Shown here one piece after another: positions 35,916 through 49,768 of a DNA stretch of 64,000 bases. The first letter of the stretch is position 1, and each line of letters starts with the position of its first letter. The stretch covers positions 108,068,001-108,132,000 of the forward strand of contig CM052817.1 in NCBI GenBank assembly GCA_028534125.1, written 5' to 3'. Both the position numbers and the translations under genes were made by a program. The notes below the pieces were generated by a model. That model was given only the letters and a program-made list of their open reading frames with translations. It was not told the DNA's origin and ran no database searches. Source of the DNA: Lama glama (taxonomy: Eukaryota).

Positions 35916-36771
35916 GTTTCTATAATAACTCACCAGACTCTCAGTAGCACACAGATAAGAAGGAGAGAGACTGCTATTCATTGATATCTGTGGAGCCCGT
36001 GGCCCAGCACGGAAGTTTTCACAGTGTTCCTCCTAAGCAATAAGGCTTATCAAATTCATATTATCCCAATGTATACACCGATTTCATTGTAATTGTCTCA
36101 AGATAGTAATAAAACGCATGCGTCTCCTGATGGTCAAATTCGCCACTGATTTCCTAGGTAGATTTTTCGTTTCTCAAAATCTTATAATAATAGTCAGACT
36201 CTTTGTCGTTGCTACTCTCATTCTTTCTTTTTCTTCAAATGGTTTTAGTGCGGTGTTAGATTATTTCATGGACACAGTTGGCTGTGTTTGCTCTCCTTTT
36301 GCTCTCTGGGCTCTCTGCCAGTCAGCGTTTATCCAATAAAAGAGAGCACATCAAGATGTTTCAGTAAGTAAAGGATTTAATTCAGACAGCTAGGCGCTAA
36401 TGAAACCGTGGGATAGGTTTGACCTTGAAGGTCAGGGATAGCGGCTGGTCTCACACCCACTGCGGTCTTTCAGAGACGCAGAAAGTTCCGGAAACGACCA
36501 GCAAGGTTACTAGAAACAGTCTCTCCTGCCTCCCATGCCCAGGGGTATGGTTTCCAGAAGAAAGCTGTGAGTTCGTTGCAAACGATCATATTTGCCTAAG
36601 AACAGCTAGTCTGTTGGTCTTGCCGGAAGATTGGCTGCTTTCCTTCTTTCTTCCAGGACGCACATGAGAGTGTCTGTTTGGGCTCTGGAGCTTCCCAGCC
36701 CAGCTTTGTGTTTCCAGGGAAAGAGCGGATGGAGTTCATATGGGAATGCTGAAACTAACCTGAATAGAAAC

Positions 36772-37032
36772 AATGTTTATAATTCATATAATTTATATTC
36801 ATATAATTTATAATTCATAATTATATTTGTTTATATTATATAATTTATATTTATATTAGTTACAATTTGTATTTATATAACTTATAATTTATAAACATTT
36901 ATATTATTTATAATTCAATATATGTATATTATTTATAATTCATGATGTAATTATAAATAATATACATGTATAGGTAATAATATATAATATTATATATAAT
37001 TATAAATAATAATTATATTATTTATAATTCAA
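36772..37032. repeat. AT-rich low-complexity tract (TTATAA/TTTATA-like units)
   Basis: Almost entirely A/T, with repeated TTTATAATTCA units. Confidence 0.85.
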
Positions 37033-37469
37033 TTCTGGGCTCAGAGAAACAGGTGAAGATAGTTAAATCATGAAAAGAAGAGTTTGCTTGTTTTTATGAG
37101 CAGTAATCTATTGGGAATAAGTCTAAAGAATTTTCAATAACCTTGGTCACCCTGTCTAGTGACTGTGATGGAATAAATCTGACTCATATCAGAGAATGTG
37201 CAATGTTACTAATTAGCCTTGACAATACTCATGTTATGTCCTATTTTCAATTGCCTTCATGAGAGAGGTTTATCGCACATATATTTATTTATTGCAGCCC
37301 CTTAGGTGGTGCATTAAATGAGCATCTAATAAATTTTTCCTGAATAATACACAGACTCTTGTTTAGTTAAGGAAGCTGTCACAAAATATGTTCACCACAG
37401 GCCTTTCTTCCCTGTCATTTCTCTTTGTGCTGCTCAGAGCTGACTTCTACTGAGATTACAAATATACAA

Positions 37470-37546
37470 GGAGAGAGGGTGTAGCTCAGTGGTAGAGTGT
37501 GTGCTCAGCATGCACGAGGTCCTCAGTTCCAACCCTGGTACTGCCA

Positions 37547-37598
<52 letters not shown>

Positions 37599-37600
37599 AA
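37470..37600 (+). mobile_element. tRNA-Ala-derived SINE (vic-1-like) with expanded (TAAA)n tail
   Basis: GAGGGTGTAGCTCAGTGGTAGAGTGTGTGCTCAGCATGCACGAGGTCC, followed by about 13 TAAA units. Confidence 0.88.
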
Positions 37601-39194
37601 TTCTAAAAATATGCCAGAGTATTACACTCCTTTAAAGGATAATAAATTGAAAATCAGTGAAATATGAAAAACTACAATCTATTCGAGAAGAAGTTTCAAG
37701 TAGAAAAAGGTGAGAATGGATATTCAGTGGGAAAAATTGGAAAACAGTTGTCAGATTTCATTCCGCCCTGCAGATAATAAAAGGCAATAACTAAATGATT
37801 TTAGTGAGAACACTGTCGAATTTTTAAAAAGACTAAATGCTCCTTTATTGTTGAATCAGATAAAAAGCTTAGGAATAAATAATCAACCCCCGCCCCCTGC
37901 CCCAATTAAACCTATCAAGGTAGTACTGGCCTAGTTAGATTTCGTTTAAAGAAAGATGGTGGCTTTATACAGCTTCCCTGGGGAGTAACAGGGCTTTGGC
38001 CGACAGGCGTGCTCCTGTATTCTCTGCTGGGGGCCGTGGAAGGGGACGGGGGTTCAGCACACCAAAAATGAGCACAGGAAGTCAGGACACCCAGGTGGTA
38101 AATCTTGCTCTGTTCTTTTTATCTCTGAGGCTATGTACAAGTTTCTTTTTCCTCCAAAGAGTCAGCTTTCTTCCTTACAAAATGCATTATAATTTGCATC
38201 TGTACTAAAGAGGTATGATTTCTGCCTACTTGGCTTCTACTATCCCCATGGCCATGTTGGTGACATGAATCATTCAGTTCCTCCACTCTTGAGTTCTTCA
38301 CGCAAGATTAGCTGCTCACAGTAAAACTGCAGAAGCACCCCAGGATTAACTGTTGTTTGGAAAAACTAATATTGGAGATAAGGATGCTTCAAGACAGTCC
38401 CTTCCAGCTCAGATCTGTCGAGATCAGTGACAGTTTTGGAAAGGAAAAGTAATGCCGCAAACTGAACAACAATTTTTGTTGGGGAACAATTTCAACATCT
38501 GGTGAGTCATTTGATACAGTGTATATAAACACAGGCTTATGATTTGAAATTGAACACAAAATGTGTCTGAATGTTATTGTAAACCATAAGAGAAAACAGC
38601 TTTCACATGCAAGCATGCAAACTCAGCTCTCCTGCTGTGGACCAGTCTGAGAAGAAGCCTTCATCAGGAGACAAGACACCTAGAATGTCTTGAATAAAAT
38701 AATGGGGTTTAAGTGACAAAGTATTATGTTTCTCCATTCTTCTCCACTCAGCATGAATCCAAACTTAATAAGTAAATGAAGAAACAGACTCCAAAAATAT
38801 AGGGGACATTTGCAACCCCAATAAGACTATACAGGGAAAAGCTGGCAAACGTGTGAAGCTTTAACAGGAGTGTGGCAAGACAGCCAGGGAGGACACCCGT
38901 GGCTCCAGTTCAGACAAAGCAGGTGATGTGCAGAAGAGGGTGAGGACAGCATTGGTAGGTGTTCCCCGGGGTATTTTTGGCAATAGGAGAAGGGTAGGTA
39001 GGAGGGTGAAATGAGGACACTGACGTGGCACAGTTTTAGAACCCCTCGTCAGCAAGGTGGAGCAGAGAAGAAAAGATGCACTAGAAGCAGCGTCGAAGAG
39101 CCCAATTTTTGCAATCCGGGAAGAAGCAAAGGCTGAAAGACACTTCCCATATGCAACGGTTTTCCATGCAATTGGCCTGGAATGCTCAAAAATT

Positions 39195-39365
39195 AACAAG
39201 TTTCTACTGTATAGCTCAGGGAACTATATTCAATATCTTGTAGTCACTTATAATGTAAAAGAATAGGAAAAGGAATGTATGTGTGTATATGTATGACTGA
39301 AACATACTGCTTTGCACCAGAAATTAACACACTGTAAATTGACTATACTAATTAAAAAAGAAAAA
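39195..39365 (+). mobile_element. Short young L1 3' fragment
   Basis: CTGTATAGCTCAGGGAACTATATTCAATATCTTGTA...CCAGAAATTAACAC...A-tail. Confidence 0.85.
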
Positions 39366-39499
39366 TCCTGGTGGTACTTATCCTAGACTCTGTGCTTCTT
39401 TCAAATGAACTTCTTATAAACAGAAGATCTATTCTCAGTCAAAGATGATTATATTTAAAGGTCCTAACAGAGTATCTTCATTGTTTTCATATTTTTATT

Positions 39500-40010
39500 T
39501 ATTTAAAAAATTCTTTTTGAAGTATAGTCAATTATAATGTGTCAATCTCTGATGTACAGCATCATGTCCCAGTCATGCATATATATACGTATATTCATTT
39601 TCATATTCTTTGTCATTAAAAGTTATCACAAGATATTGAATATAGTTCCCTGTGCTATGCAGAAGAAACTTCTTGTTTATCCATTTTATATATAGTAGTT
39701 AGTATCCTCAGATCTCAGACTCCCAATTTATCCCTTCGCACACCCTTCCACCCACAGGTAACCATAAGATTATTTACTATGTCTGCAAGTCTGTTTCTGT
39801 TTTGTAGATGAGTTCATTAGTGTCCTCTTTTTTTCTTTTTTTTTTAAGATTCCACATATGAGAGATATTGTATGGTATTTTTCGTTCTCTTCTTTCTGGC
39901 TTACTTTACTTAGAATGACAATCTCCAATTCCATCCATGAAAATGGTATTATTTTATTCTTTATTATGGCTGACTAGTATTCCATTGTATAAATATAACA
40001 CAACTTCTGG
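39500..40010 (-). mobile_element. Young 5'-truncated L1
   Basis: TTTGAAGTATAGTC...GATATTGAATATAGTTCCCTGTGCTA...GATTCCACATATGAG...TATTCCATTGTATAAATATA. Confidence 0.9.
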
Positions 40011-40169
40011 ATCTACATTTTTTAAAAGAACATAACAGTAAAAGGAAAAACACATGGCAGACAGAGTATTGACTTGGAAAATATTGGCATGAAGCTGATG
40101 AAAAATGTGAACAAATATATTGTCCTGAATTAAGACAAAAGGCAAGGATTCACTCACAATTTTGTTTAA

Positions 40170-40900
40170 AAAGAGCCCAGATTAGTCATCAGGAAAGATC
40201 CATGAAATGACAGATGGAATGAAAGTTGAGCTTAAGAAATGCGAGAAAAATACAGTCTTTGCAGAAATTAAAACCACATTCAAGAGTGCAAAAAGGAGGA
40301 GATTCTACTAAAAATACAGGAGGGACCATAAAGGCTAAGTATGAGAAACATTTAAAAATAGAAATAAAATTAACAGATATAGAAGAAGACAATTTACAGA
40401 GAATCAGTGTCACTGAAGACAAGAGCTAAATAGACAAAATAGAAGAAATGTCCAAAGATATAAAGAACATGTTCTCAAAAATGTTATTAGCCTTGAAATT
40501 AAAACTACAAAGGAGAGATAGTTGAATGGGGAAAAATGACTTAGATGACCAATGCAGTCAAGTTATTGGACTTCAAAGATAAGCTTTCAGACATCCTAAC
40601 CCACCACTTATAATGGGAGGTATACAAAAAAATTGTGGCCTGATTTCTCCATGGTAACATTCTGTGCAAAAAGACATCAAATGGCTATGGAGTTGCCTGG
40701 GAAATAATTTATGACAAAATTATTTTATATCCAACCAAATTTTAGTTTTATTATATAAAGCAATAACATTTTTACTCACCATGAGGAAGCATCCCATAAG
40801 AGCATTTGTAAGAGAGAGGATGAACTTCAGGTAACAGGCACTGAAAGATGAAACTACTATATATATAATATATATTCAATTTATTTAACCATAGGGCCAA
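40170..40900 (+). mobile_element. HAL1 / ancient L1 ORF1-like remnant
   Basis: A-rich, coiled-coil-like decayed frame (…KIEIKLTDIEED…) and TTTTATATCCAACCAAA, resembling the ORF1 'ILYPAK' motif. Confidence 0.4.
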
Positions 40901-41675
40901 GTACTTACAATCTGTTCACATACAATGAAAAGTGAACAAAAAAAATTCAGAAGTAACATAATCAAAATGTTAAAAGGAAGTAAAAGGTAGCATACATTTC
41001 TTTTATAATCACATGGTTGAGGAACAGAATTTAAAGTTGGGATGTTAAGATAGAGAAATTAAGGAAGAGGTATCAAGTATGTCTGAGGGTGTGGTGGCCA
41101 AGATAACATACCCCTTGGGTCTCCTGCTTTGGGAAGTAGCTGACAGCCCTCTGAACATCTCCTTCTCTCCACTGCCCCATCTAGGTTCCACTGCACTCCA
41201 ACGCTTCAGCTGACACAGAACTTCATTCCTGTGATGATGTCTGTGTTCTGTACAAGGTCCGGCGAATCAGTGAGACAGGAGGACACTACACCGGAAACAG
41301 TGGGTACCACACCCCTGCTCATTCATTCCCACAGGGAAGGTGGACACCATCACACACCAAACAGATTTCTACCCGTGGGAGAAGTAACATTCTTGATTGT
41401 CATCCACAGTTACTCTCTGAGTGAGACTGTGATGTCGTTCAGCCCACCTGTAGGATGGGTCTGATGAAATTGTCTCCCATCCTGGGCATCTGGTCACAGT
41501 GAACGTCTGAAGAGTCTATAGGTGAGAGTAAGAAAGAGTCGGGTCTGCTGTACCTGCCCTTCCACGATGAGCTGCCACCTCTGATGAAACAGCATCCTGC
41601 CAGCAGAGGAGAGTTACTTACCCTTCTTCCACTTGCTCTTCCTTCAAACTAATGAGATTTTTGCTCTAATCTAAA

Positions 41676-41840
41676 TACTCAATACCTTGTAATAGCCTAT
41701 AATGAGAAATAATATGAAAAGGAATATATATATGTGTGTGTATAACTGAATCAGTATGCTGTACACTAGAAATCAACACAACATTGTAAACCCACTAGAC
41801 TTCAATAAAAATAAATAAATCAATAAGTAATAAATAAAGA
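41676..41840 (+). mobile_element. Short L1 3' fragment
   Basis: ACTCAATACCTTGTAATAGCCTATAATG...AACACAACATTGTAAA...CTTCAATAAAAATAAA. Confidence 0.85.
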
Positions 41841-44071
41841 AATCTGCCTTCTTTTGCTGGATTGACTCTGTATGTTCCTGTGAGTGTTTGCAGAACTGTA
41901 CAAGAATATTTCAAGATACTGATGCATCTCCTCCACAGAAAAAATAAATCAATTAGGAATACAAATTTTTCGATGAGCTAATGGTCCCCCATGGCAAGGT
42001 GGGTGGGGGTGGGGTGGAATAATGGGAATCAATTTCACAAATACATTATATCAGGCCAAAAAAAATTAAACGTTGTAATTTAAGCAAACGAGGTTCTACA
42101 GCACAGTAATTTGAATAAGTTCCAGCATGACTCACAGACATGTCTGAAATAGCCCAAGTTATATTTCTCATTATTACTTTGGAAGAATTGCAATGGAGGA
42201 ATTGGTAAAAGTACACTGTCTCAGATGTTCTGTTAAAAAAATTTCTAAAACAATTACCAACCAAAAATGTGCCGCTATATGAAGGCTAATCCATTTGTCA
42301 TGTTACTATTTGATTAATGTAGACTTGGTTCATTTGTCAATGGCGATATTTTACTTGCAGAAAAACAAGCTAATACATAAAATATAATATGACAAGTCCG
42401 TGAAATATAATGAGGTTTTTTACAGTAAATTTATGTTAGAGTGGTTCAGACGACGATCTTTAAAAAGATCAAATATGTTTTAGCAAAATTCATTCTGCCA
42501 CAAATGCAAGTGGAAAACATCAACACGTATTTCAAAGAGTATATAATGAAAAAACACAAGAATGGTAGCTAACATTATAAGTATGTAAGCATTTCGTTTG
42601 ACCTTTCTTGTTGGCCTTAATTAAATAGAATCAGCTGTTGTAGAAATTAAGAGGAAGTGAGTCTCAATAATAATGAATGGCTCTGTACAATAATTAATTA
42701 ACATCTCATTTGTGTATGCAGTGAAGAAATTCACTCTTGCCAGCACAAATGCTTGAACTTTTATCATCATAAATCCTTTCTGGCATGAGCCAGTTACTAA
42801 GAGTCTATATTTTGCTAGATCTGAATGAAATAACCTCCCGCCCTTCAGAGCTTAATGTGATGCAAAGAGACAGAATGTAAGATTTCCAAAAAATGATGGA
42901 GGAAAGAATAAATGGGTTTTCCCCCCCCGATTTAATGAATACTGAAAAGCGTGTTGCAAATACTCCAAGTCTTCCCTTAATGTGTAAGTCTCTCACGTGG
43001 AACAAGCTTGCTGTCTGTGCAGGCTGGCATGAGGTCACGCCTGTCCTTGGTAGAAGCATCTGCATCCAAGTGACACTGCTGCCCTTTTTCTCCGTTGACA
43101 ATGTCCTCTGGTGCTAATTGAAGAGCTTTGTGACCAGCTCTGAATGTGCAGGAAATGCCCAGGCAGAATCCAGACATTTGCAAAGCGAATTGCTGGCTAG
43201 AAATGATTCACTATCTATGCTTAGTGCTTGAGCTTGAATTTTATTAAGAGTAATCCCCTCTGTACTTGTTTAAACCATCATTTGCTAGTTTTTAAATTGA
43301 ACGTATAATATGTGTAATCTGAAATACGTGATTTTAATGCATTTTGTTACATTCCCAATGGATGAATCACATTTGAAATATAAAAATAGGAGTCAGAAGA
43401 ATGTCTATTTCAGGGAAAAAAAAGTTCAAGGTCAGAAAATTTATTTATGCTATAATTTTCATTAGAATTATGAACATATCTCATCTTAAATGATGGACTC
43501 TTCATTTTTTTTAAAAAAAGTTTCATTATTATTGAAAGAATAAAATACCTGAACTGAAGGGATTATATTTTCAGAGCTCACAAGGATTATATTTTTCAGA
43601 ACTGTCAAGTGATGTAGCCTTTCATAATAAGCTGTAATGAGTTGCTAGGAAAACAAAGAGGTCCTACATCATTTAAAAACCAAAAAGAATGTGCTTCTCT
43701 GTAAGAGACAGAATAAGAACAAGGGTTTTACTATTATCGAAGGCAGAAGGAAGTCCTGGGAGAGCGGGACCCGAGGCTGGGATGGTGGAGGGCAGGAAAG
43801 ATGGGGAATGAATACGGGAAATGTACAGTAGGTACTTCATGGATTTTCAGATCAGTGCAGACCTACCAACGCCTCTCTGACTTCCCTTCCCACAGTTTAT
43901 CATAAGCAGTGTTTACTAAGCTACCGGATGTTAATAGTAATTAAGTCCTCTATTAATTATGTATAATCTCATCAACTTAACCAATCTTCAATCAATCATC
44001 ACACCAGCGAATTAATAATTTAATCACCTCCTGCAGGTAAGATATTTGCTGACTGTGGTAACCAGAGACCC

Positions 44072-44220
44072 AAGTGAGAATGTTTAACGTGAGATCTAAC
44101 CTCCTAAAAAATGTTAAGTACACAATACGATACCGCCAACTATGGGCGCAGTGTTGCACAATGGATCTCTAGAACACACTCAGCTTGCATAACTGAAGCT
44201 TTGTATCTGTCCAACAGCTA
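44072..44220 (-). mobile_element. L1MA-type 3' UTR fragment
   Basis: GTGAGAATGTTTAACGTGAGATCTA...AAGTACACAATAC...GATCTCTAGAAC...TTGCATAACTGAA. Confidence 0.65.
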
Positions 44221-44558
44221 AGGAAGGAGTCTGTTTTTTAATGAGGTCAGTCTACTTGAGAAAGTCTTATGCATTCAAAATAAACACACAAGATCTAAAA
44301 CTCTGAGCATGATCTTTGAAGTCTCCCTTTTCCCCATATTACCATCTAAAGCCTGGTTGGTTTTATCCTTAAATTTGCCTCAAAACACTACCTCTTATTG
44401 ATCCTTGGCACTATTTTTCAGTGGAAGTACTTGTTGTGACTTGGTGATCTATGAGATAATGCCTCCACCATGACTTGTCTGCCTGTGGGGGACTCATGAC
44501 AAATCTGTACTTTTCACTGCTAATTGAGCACTTTCTTTACCTTAGAGATCATCAAATA

Positions 44559-44868
44559 CAGCTCTCCCTCAGTGTCCGTCGGGGATTGCTCCCAGGACCC
44601 CCTCCGGAGACCAAAATCTGCAGTTGCTCTAGTCTCTTCATAAAATGATGTAGCATTTGCATATAACCCTGCACATCCTCCAGCACACTTTACATCATCT
44701 CTAGATCATTTATGATATGTACTACAATGTAAATGCCATGTAGATAGTGGCTGACATGACACGAACTCAAGGTCTGCTTTTTGGAGCTTTCTGGATTTTT
44801 TCTTTTTAATATTTTCAGTCTGCAGTAGGTTGAATCCATAGGACTCTCAGAAAACAAAGGGCCAACTC
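44559..44868 (+). mobile_element. MER2/MER2B-type Tigger MITE
   Basis: TA|CAG...GGGGATTGCTCCCAGGACCCC...CCAAAATCTGCA...ATTTGCATATAACC...GGTTGAATCCA...GGGCCAACTC|TA. Confidence 0.85.
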
Positions 44869-45549
44869 TAACTCCTTTCCTTAAAACCTACTGGCTCTAG
44901 AAAAAAGGTTCTTCAGTAGACCTGCAGGCCTCTGAAGGATGTTTGAAATTCTTCAGTAAAATGTATTAGAGAATCCTTAACCCAAGAACTTGCACATCTG
45001 ACACAATCTGAAAATAGCTCTTTCTGGCCCAAAATACGAAGGCCTACAGAACTCTTCCCTTCCTGGGTAGCAGAGTCAGGAGAAAGACTAAAACTATGTG
45101 CGTGATTTACTAACGAGAAGACTCTCTGTGGCAGAAACAAACTGTCTGTGTCTGGCAGTTGCACTGGATCCCCAGCAGATACACAGAGCCTGGGAGTGGG
45201 GCAGGAGGAGCTAGAATTCAAGTTCAAGTTTCTGTTTCCTGCAATGACAAAGAGAGACTAAGAATAGCTACCAGTTCATACAAACACCTGGGTCTTATGA
45301 AGCATCACTGGAAAGGACCCAAACAATGAACAGGACTACGGTCACAGAAGAAGAGATAAAATCAGTCATTTTGCTTTGCACACAAAAAGCTGGTGGTTTG
45401 TAATACACACCCACATATGCACATGGGCACAAACTTATGCTTATTCTTAGACTGAATATTAGACTAAATATTAGAGTAAAACTCGTGAGTTCAGTCACTT
45501 TCAGTTAATCTTACTACTTTCGTTCACAAAGTCTTCCATTCAAAGAGCC

Positions 45550-46535
45550 TATGTAAATTGTTTAAAAAGGTACACTGATGGGGTCATGTCGAAGGGACAG
45601 AGGAGCTCAGCTGTAAGGGCAGCCAGCATGCAAAGGTAGAACAATCTGGACAACCAAGTAAGGTGGGACTGAGTTAAATCATATGAGTATTTTATACTCA
45701 CTAGTACAGTACTGCTGAGTGTCAGATAAGTCCCCGAGTCAATCATGATGTAAATAAATAATAGAATAACTTAGCATATGGGACAGAAACAGTCCCCCAT
45801 ACAAAAAAAAAATTTTGAATGATTTATGTAGATGGCCCCCTGCCACATCCCAAAGAGGTGAACCACCACTCACCACCCTGTGAGCAAGGGTTGTGCTTAA
45901 GGACTTGCTTCCCAAGAGTGAGGTCAGAAATGGTGGTGGGATTTCCAGTAGGGAAACCCAGCAACACTGCCCAGCCACGTGATCAGTGTCAGATTCATTA
46001 TTGAACTTCAAGTGGAGAGACTGGGCCCTGGACGTGAGGTGTTGAGGACACTTCACCTCTCTGGTCTTAATCCTCAAAACCTGTCACTCCAGTTATACGA
46101 CATGAGACAAACAGTGTACACACCCACACTGTGGGTCGCTCTACAAGAAGACCTGACCAACACCCCTCGAAAACAAGGAAAGTCTGAGAAACTGTCGTAG
46201 ACCAGGGGAGGCCAAAGACACATGAGGAATCCTTTTATGTAATATGTGACACATGAATAGATACTATGAACACAACATGGAATAGTGTATCCTGGATGGT
46301 ATTCTGGAATAGAAAAAACCACGTTACGGAAAAACTAGTGAAATAAGCATAAACAGTGCTGTTGAGTTAATGGTAACATACTAGTGTCAGTCCCATAATT
46401 GTGGCAAACGTACTATAAACATGAAAAATGTTAACAATACGGGAGACTGAGTGTGGAATTCGTGGGAAAGCTCTACACTATTCTTTGCAACTTCTCTATA
46501 AATCTAAAGTTATTCTAAAATAAAACGTTCATTTT
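45550..46535 (+). mobile_element. L1MC/L1MD-type 3' region
   Basis: GATGGGGTCATGTCGAAGGGACA...GAGGTGAACCACCACTC...TTCTTTGCAACTTCTCTATAAATCTAAAGTTATTCTAAAATAAAA. Confidence 0.7.
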
Positions 46536-47121
46536 TGAAAGTATGTACACACACACAGACACAAGGCATCTGGATTGTAGACACCCCCGTGACAGTCACA
46601 GCAGAGATAGTCATGCTTTAATAAGCAGTCTTAATGAGAAACAGCCCTAAGACAACCTCCTTGCCAAAATTAGGTCTTCCCTTTGTCTTCTCTGCATTGG
46701 AATAATGGATCATTAAACTGTACTAATTATCTACCTCCACTCTCAAAATAAAAGCAATCTCTTAGCATGTGGGCTCCTCATAGGAAACAGGCAGGTATGA
46801 CACAAAAGAAACACAATGAAAAAGAACTGGGTAAACATGCCCAGAAAAATGGATCTCCAATATTAAGGATTTTCACGATTATTCTATACATATCCAGTTA
46901 AATTTCATTGGAGAATGCAACCTAATCTTGACCTATTTTGTAAGCCTATCCCAAACTGCCAGTTTATTAGAATGGATTTCATTGAATAAGTCCCTAATCT
47001 CATTCCATCCCAGAGCTATTTCTTTCATCTGTGCATCTCAAACTGGAAGGTAATTGCATTTTCAACCTCTACTAATTTATATTTCACTTAATGGTCATTT
47101 TTCACAAAGATAATGATTAGT

Positions 47122-47902
47122 TACTAGAGAAGGTGTGGAGAAAAGGGAACCCTCCTAAACTTTTGGTAGGAATGTAATTCAGTGCAGTCACTGAAGAGAA
47201 CAGTATGGAGATTACTCAAAAAACTTAAAATAGACTTACCATATGATCCAGCCATCCCACTACTGGGCATATGTCCAGAGGGAACCTTAATTCAAAAGAT
47301 ACATGCATCCCAAAGTCAATAGCAGCACTATTTACAGTAGCCAAGACATGGAAACAACCTAAATATCCATTGACAGATGACTGGATAAAGAAGCTGTGGT
47401 ATATTTATACAATGGAATACCACTCAGCCATCAAAAAGAATAAAATAATGCTATATGCAGCAACATGAGTGGATCTAGAGATTATCATACTAAGTGAAGT
47501 AAGTCAGCCAGAGAAAAAGACAAATATCATATGATATCACTTATGTGTAGAATTTAAAAAATAATTCAAACTAACTTATTTGCAAAACAGAAACAGAGTC
47601 ACAGACATAGAAAACAGACTTACGGTTACCATTGGAGGGGAGGGGGAGGAAAGGGATAAAGTAGGAGTTTTCAGATTTATAGGATTTGAGGTCCTATCGT
47701 TATAGCTCAAATAACTACATTCAGTATCTTGTAATAACCTATAATGGAAAAGACTATGAAAAAGAATTATATATATATAATTATGTATATATGTACACAC
47801 ATACACACACACACACATATATATATATATAAAACTGAATCACTATGCTGTACACCTGAAAGTAACACAACATTTTAAATCACCTATACTTCAATTAAAA
47901 AA
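47122..47902 (+). mobile_element. Young 5'-truncated L1 (ORF2 C-terminus + 3' UTR)
   Basis: The ORF track peptide KDTCIPKSIAALFTVAKTWKQPKYPLTDDWIKKLWYIYTMEYHSAIKKN matches the L1 ORF2 C-terminus; the element ends in TTCAATTAAAAAA. Confidence 0.92.
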
Positions 47903-48747
47903 TGATATACATCTGCTAGAATTTCCTGAGTGATATCATATATGTGTAGAAATTGGGAGAGCTACCATGAGGCAGAGGGATAGAAATCTATTCTAGGCTT
48001 ACCCTTCAGCTAAAGAAGATGCTCCAGTGAAGTACCCAACAGGGATTTGAATTCAAATTTACACCTTGGCAAAATTATAAGTATCTTCGTAGCACATTCC
48101 TTCATAGTCTTCCAATTATTGGTTGAAAACAAAATATTAATCTGAAAAAAACAAAGTTCTACTGATTTTTTGTAGCTAGATCTTTCTAAACTAGAGAATG
48201 ACTTGGAAGAAAGGCTCTAATCTTCATGTCTGGATAATACTGGTTTTATTTAGCCTTTAATGTGTCAAGAACACCCATGCATCCACATTGATTTTTCTGC
48301 AATGAGTTTTTCTGCCTTACTCAAGGCCCACTATCTGCTCCTCTCCATAATGCAAACCCATCCATCCACCTGCTCATATTTTCAGACTAAGTATGTAGCC
48401 TCTATACATAATTACTTTATGAGACAAATATTTACAGAGACCAAATCAGGTGAATAAACCCCCTGACCTAACTCATTCATCTACTCTGACCTCTAAACCC
48501 AACAGTAAAATAGAATTCCTGGGAATATGCTGGTGTAATCTAGGCAGGAAGAATCCTGGAAAACAAATCTAGAGAGACAAATAGACTACGTCCAGTGCAA
48601 TATGTAAACTTTGCCCATGAACTTGATCAGGATTTGACATAAAACAAACAAGAATGATAAAATTTTACCAGATAGTTTTAAATCTGCCAATGTAGATTGA
48701 GACATTTTGAGCATAAGACCTAGATTGATTTCTTTCTTTACAATAAA

Positions 48748-48828
48748 AATACAATAAAATTAAATTAAATTAAATTAAATTAAATTAAATTAAATTAAAT
48801 TAAATTAAAAAATAAAATAAAATAAATA
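48748..48828. repeat. (TAAAT)n / (TAAAA)n pentanucleotide repeat
   Basis: About 10 tandem TAAAT units. Confidence 0.9.
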
Positions 48829-49297
48829 TAATTTTAAGAGTTGATCTGCATCTCAGAAAAAAGTTTTTTGGTGGAAAACAATTAGGATACTCTGTATTCT
48901 TTCCAAAGATGTCTCAATAAATGAGGACAATCTGTGGGGCCACAGTTTTTATTTTTGGGTCCTGGTAATTCAATTCCACATTTTCAGTCTTGGCTTCTTG
49001 TGTAAATTTGTCATTATTGTTATCATTATTGCTTTAGTTCAATCATGATTTGTCACCTAAAACTGAGCACTTGTAGTAAATCTAGGGGAAATTAAAGCTC
49101 AGAAAGGAAAAGTGAGTAGACTTTGGGTGAGCCACCTATGTCAATGGGAATCATTAAATAATTCCTCCTAGTGTCTTCTTTCTCAGTTAGATTCAAAACT
49201 GAAAAGCTTGTCCTAGTATTACGACACAGTCATTTGCTATAATATGCTACTTTTTATTTGATGCCCAAATTGGTGTGGAGTAATGAAAATATGACGG

Positions 49298-49768
49298 TGA
49301 GAGGGAGCAGGAAAAGCCACCCCAGAACGGGCCACTTTGGCATGTGGAGATTTCAGGCTGAAGACAGCGAGGGCCCAGCAGACCTAGGAGCAGCTTTTAC
49401 CTCCTCCTTAACTGCCTGAAAGAATTAAGACAGGGGTCTGTACCAGGAAGACAGCTGTTACCAGAGACAACTTTTGTAGCAGAAAGACTTCCCTGCATGG
49501 CAGGACAAACATCTGCTTACCCAGCACTTGCTCTCCCCACCTTCCTGTGAAGTTTCCTCCTCCCCTTTGAAGCCACAGACCTCTGCCTCCTTAGCAAGTG
49601 ACGTACAAGGTGTTAATTACCTGACAGCCAGGTAGTCTCATGCTTTTAATGGGAATACTGAACATACAACGTTTGATTTTCTCCCGTTAATCTGACTTAT
49701 GTCTGCTCAATTATTAGACCAGTCAAAGAATCCAGGAGAGGAGAAAGGAAAGGTTTTCCACCTCTACA
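49298..49768 (+). mobile_element. MER34/MER39-family ERV1 solo LTR
   Basis: TG...GCCACCCCAGAACGGGCCACTTTGGCAT...GCTGAAG...TTTTCTCCCGTTAATCTG...TTTTCCACCTCTACA; flanked by ACGG/AAGG (4-bp TSD, one mismatch). Confidence 0.8.

Noticed and set aside
37470..37547. Apparent tRNA-Ala gene (and the six similar copies)
   Set aside because: Degenerate stems and B box, A-rich tails and TSDs indicate SINE copies rather than functional tRNAs.
43556..43600. Short direct repeat AAGG(G)ATTATATTTT(T)CAGA x2
   Set aside because: A two-copy local duplication with no array or spacer structure; not CRISPR-like.
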